IMG/VR virus record: IMGVR_UViG_3300006923_000027
Span: 1 to 56,225 of that record
Length of the DNA: 56,225 nucleotides
Strand: one strand, 5' to 3'
Origin: a virus
Taxonomy: Duplodnaviria; Caudoviricetes
Part shown: positions 17,718 through 25,588 of the stretch, in pieces
How positions within the stretch are numbered: the stretch's first letter is position 1
Layout: every line of letters begins with the position of its first letter
Program-made: the position numbers and the translations under genes
Notes under the pieces: generated by a model
What the model was told of the DNA's origin: nothing
The model's database searches: none
The model's input: only the letters and a program-made list of their open reading frames with translations

Positions 17718-18029
17718 ATGTGGGAAAAACTAAATGATAATAAATATCATTATGATCTTGGGAATGGAAAGTTTGCATATATAATGCGTTATCACAAATC
17801 ATGTTTTAAAGAAATGTTAAAAGACATGAAAGGTACAAAGAGTCATCGCAATTATCATTCAGATATAGATAATTTATTAGGAAGCAAAGAGAGTTTCTTT
17901 CTTTGTATCGGGCCAGACAGATCTTATTATTTTTTGGAAACAGATTTATATATATCTAAATTAAATAGTTTGATTCTACTAAAGTCTGAAGATTTTAATG
18001 TATGTAGTATTAAAGAAATTGGAGAGTAG
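17718..18029 (+). CDS. expanded small-protein family member
   Basis: MW start; DLYISKLNSLILLK. Confidence 0.75.
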   Translation: MWEKLNDNKYHYDLGNGKFAYIMRYHKSCFKEMLKDMKGTKSHRNYHSDIDNLLGSKESFFLCIGPDRSYYFLETDLYISKLNSLILLKSEDFNVCSIKEIGE

Positions 18030-18145
18030 TATGTTTAGACTTATAAAAAGAAAAAAGAATAAGGCTTTACGTTTTGCGAAAATTATGAGCGTAAGTTATT
18101 TTGTTGTAATGTTAATTTATATAAAATGTTTAATGAGAGGTGTTC

Positions 18146-18298
18146 ATGTCTTCCAAGAAGAAATCAAAGAAAAAAGAGGTTAAGAAAAGAAATTGGCTTG
18201 CTGTATTAGCCCACTTTAAAACTGGGGCTGGATCTCATAAAGACAAAAAGAAAGAGAGATCAAAGAAAAAATGTCGTGGCAAGGTTAAAGAAGATTAA
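18146..18298 (+). CDS. 50-aa highly basic protein (RNWLA...GAGSHKDKK; not in ORF track)
   Basis: GAGAGG RBS; clean ORF. Confidence 0.7.
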   Translation: MSSKKKSKKKEVKKRNWLAVLAHFKTGAGSHKDKKKERSKKKCRGKVKED

Positions 18299-18360
18299 AA
18301 ATAACTTGTAAATTATAATACAAGTCATCAAATATGTGTACCATATATTTGGAGGTGATG

Positions 18361-18651
18361 ATGTGGGAATATGAGACTTATGCTAACGAGTCTTGTATTG
18401 TCTTTAGAATGAAAGACAGTACAGGTATAGAGATAAACGTAATTGAGATTGTTCCTTACGTATCAGACCCATATATGTATTTTCAATGTGATAAAGGAAG
18501 TAAGTTGCGATCAATTATTGTTTCTAACTCTCTTGACAACGACTTTTTTTATGAGGAGATATTTGGACATGACTTAGATGTTTTAAAGTTTAAGTCATTG
18601 ATAAAAGCGAATGAACTTGGTTGGGAAGTTGATTTAACAAAATACAAATAG
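18361..18651 (+). CDS. expanded small-protein family member
   Basis: DLDVLKFKSLIKANELGW. Confidence 0.85.
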   Translation: MWEYETYANESCIVFRMKDSTGIEINVIEIVPYVSDPYMYFQCDKGSKLRSIIVSNSLDNDFFYEEIFGHDLDVLKFKSLIKANELGWEVDLTKYK

Positions 18652-18659
18652 GATAAAAT

Positions 18660-19178
18660 ATGTTTAAAAAAGTTTTAATTACTAAAGACATGATAGATAT
18701 TGCTACAAAAAGAGCAAAGAAGATACCTAACAACAGACATACTTTTATGGACTTTGAAAGGCACAAGGTAGGCTTTATAGGTGAGGAAATATTTAAGAGT
18801 GTGTTTCCTATGTCAGATGAGTCTAAGGGCAGTAATGTTTATTATTATGATTACATATTGGGGAAAAGAAAGGTTGAGATAAAAACAAAGATGGTAAAGA
18901 CAGAGCCAAGAATGAGTTATGAGTGTTCTATATACAATTACTTTCAACAAAGACCTGATTATTATTTTTTCTGTAGGGTCTTAAAGAAGAATAATGAGTA
19001 TCCTTATGGCTGGCTATTAGGTTATATATCAGAAAGAGAGTTCAAAGAAAAGAATTATTTTGTTCCAAAGGGTGAGATGCAATCAAATGGTTTTGTTACA
19101 AGAATTGACACTTGGAATTTAGCTATAGAAGATTTATATCCTGTTGATAATATATTAGAAAAAATGAGGAGGCAATAA
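18660..19178 (+). CDS. PD-(D/E)xK restriction-endonuclease-like protein
   Basis: GFIGEE...YDY...KVEIKTK catalytic pattern. Confidence 0.65.
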   Translation: MFKKVLITKDMIDIATKRAKKIPNNRHTFMDFERHKVGFIGEEIFKSVFPMSDESKGSNVYYYDYILGKRKVEIKTKMVKTEPRMSYECSIYNYFQQRPDYYFFCRVLKKNNEYPYGWLLGYISEREFKEKNYFVPKGEMQSNGFVTRIDTWNLAIEDLYPVDNILEKMRRQ

Positions 19179-19429
19179 TGTGGTCAAGAATTAATGGGCA
19201 TTATCTTAAGCAGATATATAAAATATATAACTGTCCAGTTATACATATTGTTTATTCAAAAAGAGATGATGCTTACTTCTGTAAGATAAGAGGTAATATT
19301 TTGTTTCATGTTCAAAATGATATAAGTGATAAGGACATTCAAATTATAAAGTTTAAAGCATTGTTAAGAGCGAAAGAAATGGGGCATGATGTAGATATAA
19401 CTTGCCTAGACAAATACGAAAGAGTATAG
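19178..19429 (+). CDS. expanded small-protein family member
   Basis: IKFKALLRAKEMGH. Confidence 0.85.
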   Translation: MWSRINGHYLKQIYKIYNCPVIHIVYSKRDDAYFCKIRGNILFHVQNDISDKDIQIIKFKALLRAKEMGHDVDITCLDKYERV

Positions 19430-19439
19430 AGGTTTTAAT

Positions 19440-19694
19440 ATGTGGATAAAGAATGATATAGAAACGGAAAAAGAAACATTTAAAATAAACAATGTTACGG
19501 CTATAATTCTACATAAGTATTACACAAATGATGAGATACTTATGAAAGAGAATTTATATATAGCAAGGGTATTTTCAGTCACAGAGGGCAGGGCTATAAA
19601 GATAAAGCACAAAAACAAAGATGTATTAAAGTTTTTATCTTTAGTTAAAGCTTCAGAGATAGGCTGGGTAATACGTGATTTAAAAATTAAATAA
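19440..19694 (+). CDS. expanded small-protein family member
   Basis: VLKFLSLVKASEIGW. Confidence 0.85.
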   Translation: MWIKNDIETEKETFKINNVTAIILHKYYTNDEILMKENLYIARVFSVTEGRAIKIKHKNKDVLKFLSLVKASEIGWVIRDLKIK

Positions 19695-19702
19695 GGAGAG
19701 TT

Positions 19703-19990
19703 ATGTGGACAAGTTATGAAGATTTGGAAAGTGATAAGATATATTACAGACTAGAGGGGGATAATATGTTTAAAATTGTTGGATATATTTCTCCCTTTAC
19801 TAATTATTATTCTAATAATGGTGAGGTTAGAAAGAAGTGGATGGGTGTTGTTTTTCAGCCTAACAAAACAAATGACAATAATGAAGATAAGACAGACTTA
19901 GTAATACTTGAAGATGATTTAGATTTAATAAAATTAAAGTTTCAAATGTGTGCTAAAAGTTTGGGTTGGGATATATTAGAGATAAAATAA
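19703..19990 (+). CDS. expanded small-protein family member
   Basis: DLDLIKLKFQMCAKSLGW. Confidence 0.85.
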   Translation: MWTSYEDLESDKIYYRLEGDNMFKIVGYISPFTNYYSNNGEVRKKWMGVVFQPNKTNDNNEDKTDLVILEDDLDLIKLKFQMCAKSLGWDILEIK

Positions 19991-19991
19991 A

Positions 19992-20252
19992 GTGTGGAAA
20001 GAAGAGTGTATTCATGGGTTTGGGTTTTCTGTTGGGAGATTCAATTATTATTTTGAAGGTTTTCTTATTATAAAGATATTTGAAAATATATTTCAAGGTT
20101 CAAAGTTTTATGCTGTAATTCTAATTCCTAATTATAAAGATGAAAAATATAATACGGTTAGGGTTTTTGGTGATGATCTTGAAGTTACAAAGTTAAAGAG
20201 TTTATTAAAAGCGAAAGAGTTAGGCTGGGGTATAACAGATATAAAAGTTTAA
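19992..20252 (+). CDS. expanded small-protein family member
   Basis: DLEVTKLKSLLKAKELGW. Confidence 0.85.
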   Translation: MWKEECIHGFGFSVGRFNYYFEGFLIIKIFENIFQGSKFYAVILIPNYKDEKYNTVRVFGDDLEVTKLKSLLKAKELGWGITDIKV

Positions 20253-20346
20253 TTATATTTTAAACTTTCCTGTACTATTTCTTATAATTTATTATTTTTA
20301 TTATATATGGTTGTTAATTATGTATATAATGAGATAGGGTAATACT

Positions 20347-20589
20347 ATGTGGGAAAAGGACGGTTTTTTCTGGAATAAATATGATGATGATGGAGGTTTA
20401 ATTGCTATCATTGTAACAATAGAAGTTTCAGATAGAATGGTTTACATGGGAGAGTTTACACCTGTAACAAAAATAAAGGCTGCAAATTATATAGGTTATC
20501 TATATACAGAAGATGTAAATAAGTTAAAGTTGCAAATGGACTTGGTTTTATTTAAGAATGGTTATAGTATAAAGCTACCTGGATTTTAA
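20347..20589 (+). CDS. expanded small-protein family member
   Basis: KLKLQMDLVLFKNGY. Confidence 0.8.
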   Translation: MWEKDGFFWNKYDDDGGLIAIIVTIEVSDRMVYMGEFTPVTKIKAANYIGYLYTEDVNKLKLQMDLVLFKNGYSIKLPGF

Positions 20590-20590
20590 T

Positions 20591-20851
20591 ATGTGGACAA
20601 AGCCTGAAGACAGATTGTTTCTGTTGTGTTATGAGATTGACAATTATCAAATGATAAAAATATTTGATAACCGAGATAGAAGCATGATCTCTCATGATAA
20701 TAAAGAGAATTATGATTATTATGCTTATGTCTTAGATCCATTTAGATTAAAAAGTTATAGAGTTAGTGATGATGACATTGAAGTTTTAAAACTTAAGTGT
20801 TTGATTACAGCAAAGACAGTAGGTTGGCAGATAAAAAAGGTAACCATTTAA
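20591..20851 (+). CDS. expanded small-protein family member
   Basis: IEVLKLKCLITAKTVGW. Confidence 0.85.
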   Translation: MWTKPEDRLFLLCYEIDNYQMIKIFDNRDRSMISHDNKENYDYYAYVLDPFRLKSYRVSDDDIEVLKLKCLITAKTVGWQIKKVTI

Positions 20852-20853
20852 AA

Positions 20854-21111
20854 ATGTGGGTATCTCCAGTAGACACTTCTTCTTTTATAATATTTGTCTT
20901 TAAACTTGAAGGCAAGCCTATAATTTTTATAAAGATGTATTACATGAAAGGATTAGAGAGCGTCTATATCGGTCACGTTCTTCATTTTGATTCAGAGGAA
21001 ACGTCAGAGATAAAAGATTACGACTTTCTGACGACAAGATTCAAAGCCTTAATAAGAGCAAAAGAAGTAGGCTGGAATATAAAAGTTGAAAACCTATTAG
21101 AAATTTTATAA
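20854..21111 (+). CDS. expanded small-protein family member
   Basis: MW start; RFKALIRAKEVGW. Confidence 0.85.
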   Translation: MWVSPVDTSSFIIFVFKLEGKPIIFIKMYYMKGLESVYIGHVLHFDSEETSEIKDYDFLTTRFKALIRAKEVGWNIKVENLLEIL

Positions 21112-21130
21112 AAATTCTTATAAGCTTTCC

Positions 21131-21158
21131 TTGACAAACTATCGTATCATGATATACT
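21131..21158 (+). promoter_or_regulatory. sigma70 promoter
   Basis: TTGACA-16bp-TATACT; 5' hairpin 21165-21187. Confidence 0.75.
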
Positions 21159-21232
21159 ATATATAGGTAGAGGGAAACCCTCTGCCTGTTAGGTTTATTT
21201 TAGAAAACAATTAACTTAAAAGAGGAGTTAAA

Positions 21233-22666
21233 ATGAAGATTAAAGAAAAAGACAAAGAGCTTTTGGAGGTTATTTTGTCTATAACAAAAAGATACAGTAA
21301 TAAGGCTGCTTCTTATTCTGGATATAAAATAGCTTGTCCTAGTTCTGTGTGTACTTCTAGGTATGTAAATGTTAGCACAAAAACACTTATTTGTTCTATC
21401 TTTTTGGAATACATGGTGCATTATAAAGCTAATGAATTAAGAAGCTATGTTAGTAGTTTGAGTGAAAGCTCATATTCTGTGTTTAGCACAATTCATACCT
21501 TTATACATTCTCAAGGTTACTTGGATTACATTTTTGAAAACAAAGAGGTGTCTGAAGAATTCAAGTCATTAGATTTGGGAATTGAAGTAGCTTGTTTGTT
21601 ACTTGAAAACGCTTTGGCATCTAGTAAATGCAGAAACTTGCCCAAAAAAGAAATACTGAGTCTTTGTAAAGATTTAGTGTATTACACTGGTGATTATGAA
21701 ATTATGAAAAAATTAAATAATTATGGTGGTATGAGCTCTGTCTTAACAGACATTTTAATAACACAAAACCTAGACAAAACAGTAGAATTTTTAACTCAAA
21801 AATATAAAAAAGAGGAATTACTTATGAATAGTGAAACATTTCAATTTTTAAAAAGTTGTTTAATAGATACAGCTTCAAGCACTTCAAAATGGCAGTTAGA
21901 AAGTGATAGACATAATTCTTCAACATCAAGAGAGTTGTGTTTATATGTATTAAAGAACTTTGATTATCTGACAGAAGGTATAACTGATAAAGAGTTAGCA
22001 TCTAAGAACTGTGAATATTTGCTTGATTTAGCAAAGATTTTATGTGTAGATGTTGAAAGCAAAAGATTTCAAAAAATAAAAGATGTTAAGTCTGCAGTTG
22101 GAACTCATTCTGTGATTAGTTCTTGGGGATCATTAACAGAAGCTAACTTGAACTATATCAAGTCAGTACCTTTAATTTCTAATGATCCAGACGAACCTTT
22201 TAATTGGAGCGTGTTTAAGTCAGAAACAAAAGACAGAATTGCTTCTGGTAGAGTCTGGTATTGGAATGGGTTGACAGATGCTATCTGTATTTTATCTCAA
22301 ATTGACTTTAAAGAATATGAAAAGTATATTGGAGAATTATTAAAAACTTCAAACAAACATAATGTTAGAGCTATTAAAGCATATACTGATTGTTATAATG
22401 GTATTTGTGATTTTAAACAAGCAAGAAAATACAGATCAGAGGCTCAGAATGTTTCATTGCATGCAGTAAGAGGTATGTTGAGATCAAAAGACAAATATGA
22501 TGATCTTACGTTAAGAAAAAACATATCACAGTTTGCAGACAGTAAACATCAAGATGTTATAAACTTTTTAGTTAAAACTGTTCCTCCTTCATATTTGAGT
22601 TTGTTTTTGGCAAATCCTCTAGCTTCAAAAAGCACAATTCAAAGTAGAATGAAAGTAGGTAAGTAA
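21233..22666 (+). CDS. large helical hypothetical protein
   Basis: GAGGAG RBS, 477 aa. Confidence 0.85.
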   Translation: MKIKEKDKELLEVILSITKRYSNKAASYSGYKIACPSSVCTSRYVNVSTKTLICSIFLEYMVHYKANELRSYVSSLSESSYSVFSTIHTFIHSQGYLDYIFENKEVSEEFKSLDLGIEVACLLLENALASSKCRNLPKKEILSLCKDLVYYTGDYEIMKKLNNYGGMSSVLTDILITQNLDKTVEFLTQKYKKEELLMNSETFQFLKSCLIDTASSTSKWQLESDRHNSSTSRELCLYVLKNFDYLTEGITDKELASKNCEYLLDLAKILCVDVESKRFQKIKDVKSAVGTHSVISSWGSLTEANLNYIKSVPLISNDPDEPFNWSVFKSETKDRIASGRVWYWNGLTDAICILSQIDFKEYEKYIGELLKTSNKHNVRAIKAYTDCYNGICDFKQARKYRSEAQNVSLHAVRGMLRSKDKYDDLTLRKNISQFADSKHQDVINFLVKTVPPSYLSLFLANPLASKSTIQSRMKVGK

Positions 22667-22778
22667 TTTATTTTCAAGCGTTCTGTGTTTTTAGCAGAAT
22701 ACTTGGTGTTCTATTTTTATTAAGAGAGTTTAGATAGATTTAGATTACTTACTTGTAAATAAAATACAGAGGTGAGTA

Positions 22779-23030
22779 ATGGAATTTTACGTAATAGAGG
22801 CAAAGGTCTTAAAGGCTAAACAGTATGATTATGATTTATCTTTTGAAGATTTATATCAAGATATAATAACTTTAGACTTTAGGGCTTTTTATATTTATAT
22901 AGATAAAGGTTTTTGTTTATATAAAAAAGAAGTTATATACTCTTTTGAGAAAGACACTTTCGAGTGTGAGGACTATGTTTATAGTGGCTCTATTCTTCAT
23001 AAGAAAATAACATATAACTATGATGATTAA
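22779..23030 (+). CDS. hypothetical protein
   Basis: GAGGTG RBS. Confidence 0.7.
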   Translation: MEFYVIEAKVLKAKQYDYDLSFEDLYQDIITLDFRAFYIYIDKGFCLYKKEVIYSFEKDTFECEDYVYSGSILHKKITYNYDD

Positions 23031-23061
23031 ATATACACAAATAATATACTAAGGATTTAAA

Positions 23062-23358
23062 ATGTCAGAAGAAAGTCAGCATTGGGAAAGAGAAGAGTTA
23101 GACCCAGAAGTGACATATCTTACAGCTGTAATGTCAGTAAAGGTTTCTCATACATTTTTTGCAGAAAGCAAAGAAGATGGAATTAGAATTTGTTGTTGTA
23201 TTCAAGAAATGAATGAAAACACTTTTACTGGTTATGTTTATAACATGGCTATGAATGGTTTTGTTGCAGTTATAGATGAAGAAGATTTAGATATTTTAAA
23301 ATTAAAATGTTTAATTAAAGCAAAAGACAGTGGTTGGAAAATAAATAAAATAATTTAA
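23062..23358 (+). CDS. expanded small-protein family member
   Basis: DLDILKLKCLIKAKDSGW. Confidence 0.85.
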   Translation: MSEESQHWEREELDPEVTYLTAVMSVKVSHTFFAESKEDGIRICCCIQEMNENTFTGYVYNMAMNGFVAVIDEEDLDILKLKCLIKAKDSGWKINKII

Positions 23359-23364
23359 AATAGG

Positions 23365-23811
23365 TTGGTAAAGATGAAAAAAGAATTTGATGATTTTTAT
23401 TATAGAGGTAAAAAATATAGCTTAACTAAAGAAAGGTTTATATATAGAGATACATCTGGCTCAAAGTCATTATTGTATGTTTTTTATATTAAAGACATAC
23501 AAAAATATGTAAGGCTAAAAGTTGATAGAAAGTTAGAATTTTTTAAACATGATCACAGAACTATGGCAGAAGTTTTTAAGAGAGTAGAGCTTTCTGATAA
23601 TTCTAATCCTATGATGGATTTGGCTCTTATAAAAGAGAATAGTTCACTTAAATTTAGCTGTCAAAAAGAATTATATTCAAAGCGTTCTTTAATAATAAAG
23701 TATGAAAAAGTTTTAAATAGTCATTGGTTTAATACTAAAGATACAGATCGTTTAAATTGGAATATAGGTTATAAAGATTTATATGATCTTTATGAGTCAG
23801 AAGAGGTGTAA
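23365..23811 (+). CDS. hypothetical protein, paralog of next gene
   Basis: FDDFYYRGKKYSL vs YDDFYYNGKKHCL. Confidence 0.75.
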   Translation: MVKMKKEFDDFYYRGKKYSLTKERFIYRDTSGSKSLLYVFYIKDIQKYVRLKVDRKLEFFKHDHRTMAEVFKRVELSDNSNPMMDLALIKENSSLKFSCQKELYSKRSLIIKYEKVLNSHWFNTKDTDRLNWNIGYKDLYDLYESEEV

Positions 23812-23813
23812 TT

Positions 23814-24326
23814 ATGAATCAATATGATGATTTTTATTATAATGGAAAGAAACACTGTCTATCTCAACAAAAATTAATATATAGAATATCTAAGTATGAC
23901 AGAAAAACATCAGCAGATTTAAACTATTTAAGTTCAGAGTTTATATTTTATATAGAAGAAGAAAATATTTTTGTTAAAATGATCATTGATTTTTCTTCTC
24001 GTGTTTATTTAATATCCAGAAAAACTTCACTTCCTAAAGCAACTGGCAAACCAAAGTTTATAAAAGAGAACCTTCTTTGTCCTTATATTTTTCTTAGCTT
24101 TATTAAAGGATTTTCTCAGAACAAGATTTTTCATTGTGTGAAGTTTGTTGTAAAAAGACAAGAGCTTCTTACGATGTATGAAGATAATTTAAATAATTAT
24201 CAAGATTGTCAAAAAATAAAATGCCTTGTCAATGAAGATTGCTTTGATGTAACTTTAGATATTCAGGAATGGATTATGTCGTATGAAAAAGTATTTAAAT
24301 TAGCCTCTAATAAAAAGGAAATATAA
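23814..24326 (+). CDS. hypothetical protein, paralog of previous gene
   Basis: Shared N-terminus. Confidence 0.75.
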   Translation: MNQYDDFYYNGKKHCLSQQKLIYRISKYDRKTSADLNYLSSEFIFYIEEENIFVKMIIDFSSRVYLISRKTSLPKATGKPKFIKENLLCPYIFLSFIKGFSQNKIFHCVKFVVKRQELLTMYEDNLNNYQDCQKIKCLVNEDCFDVTLDIQEWIMSYEKVFKLASNKKEI

Positions 24327-24634
24327 TGATTGTAGATGTTCTTTATAAACATGTCAAAAAAGGATACAAAAAACCTCTTATAATTTATACGCAAGATGAT
24401 AAAGAGATAATCTTTTTTTATAGTGTTGAAAAGGATTGGATTAACATTATAGGTTTTAACTATTCTGCCTTTGTTCTTGAAAAAGACTTAGAATATGGTC
24501 ACGCTGTTTATAATAACAGCTTAAAAGATTTAATTTGGGAATGTTTCCATGTTTTAAACAAGTTTGGATATGATCTTGATAGAGAATTATTTAAGCTTTA
24601 CTTTGAGAATGGTGATGTTTATGTGGAAAAATAA
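24326..24634 (+). CDS. family member (WEC subtype)
   Basis: LKDLIWECFHVLNKFGY. Confidence 0.75.
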   Translation: MIVDVLYKHVKKGYKKPLIIYTQDDKEIIFFYSVEKDWINIIGFNYSAFVLEKDLEYGHAVYNNSLKDLIWECFHVLNKFGYDLDRELFKLYFENGDVYVEK

Positions 24635-24986
24635 AAATGATAATTATTATGCTTTTAATTTAGATTATAATGATAGGTATAATTTTTGTAATCCGATTGA
24701 GTTATTTCAAATTAAAGATCGCAGAAGTAAAAACGTTAATATAATTATAATCTATGAAACAAAGAAAGGCTTTATAAACAAAGACTCTCATAAATATACA
24801 GCTAAAATAAAGTCAAAACATCCTTTGTCAGAATCTCATCAAATAGAGGTAGGAAGTTATTCTAAAATACTTAGTGGCGATGATTTGTTTATTTTGAAAT
24901 GGGAATGTGTGACTAAGATATCAAAACTTGGTTGGGATATTTCAAAAGATTTTTTAAGCTTTGTAAAAGGAGATACTAATGACTAA
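24621..24986 (+). CDS. family member (WEC subtype)
   Basis: MW start; DLFILKWECVTKISKLGW. Confidence 0.8.
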   Translation: MWKNKNDNYYAFNLDYNDRYNFCNPIELFQIKDRRSKNVNIIIIYETKKGFINKDSHKYTAKIKSKHPLSESHQIEVGSYSKILSGDDLFILKWECVTKISKLGWDISKDFLSFVKGDTND

Positions 24987-25206
24987 AGAAAAAATAAATC
25001 TAAAGATAACTTATGACAAAAGAGAGGGCAAAGAACTTGACATTTTAGTAAAAGGTGTGATATTTATGCCTGACTTTGTTGTTTGGGCAGAGTTACCATT
25101 TGATGAAAAACAGTTTGTAAGGTTATCTCAAAATGAGATAGTTCAAGATGAATTTACTTGTGGGAGATATATATACAAGCTGGAGAATAAAAATGGAAGC
25201 GTTTAG
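24979..25206 (+). CDS. hypothetical protein
   Basis: AAGGAG RBS. Confidence 0.7.
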   Translation: MTKEKINLKITYDKREGKELDILVKGVIFMPDFVVWAELPFDEKQFVRLSQNEIVQDEFTCGRYIYKLENKNGSV

Positions 25207-25480
25207 TTGGAAGAAAAGAGAGAGTGGATACTATGACTCAGAATATCTATTAAGTGCTGGTGCTAATTCAAGACTTACTCATACTTTAGTAATTCATATT
25301 TTAGAATTAAATGGTGATTTTACAGGTAGAGTTTATCCTAAGTTTGATGGAAGAAATGTCCTTAGAACTTTAGCTTTTTGTAAATTAAAAGGCTCTACAC
25401 TAGAGGCGATTGTATTTCTTAGTTTATTAAAAGCAAAAGAGCAAGGGTGGTCTGTTGAAGTCTCAACAAAATGTATATGA
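25193..25480 (+). CDS. expanded small-protein family member
   Basis: LSLLKAKEQGW. Confidence 0.8.
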   Translation: MEAFSWKKRESGYYDSEYLLSAGANSRLTHTLVIHILELNGDFTGRVYPKFDGRNVLRTLAFCKLKGSTLEAIVFLSLLKAKEQGWSVEVSTKCI

Positions 25481-25503
25481 CATACAAATATTTAAACTTA
25501 ATT

Positions 25504-25533
25504 AAAAGCCAATCATTATGATTGGCTTTTTTT
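25504..25533 (+). terminator. intrinsic terminator
   Basis: AAAAGCCAATCA/TGATTGGCTTTT stem plus T tract. Confidence 0.85.
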
Positions 25534-25588
25534 ATTTTTAATTACTAATAATATATAGAATATATATGTATATCAGTTGGAGATTTGA

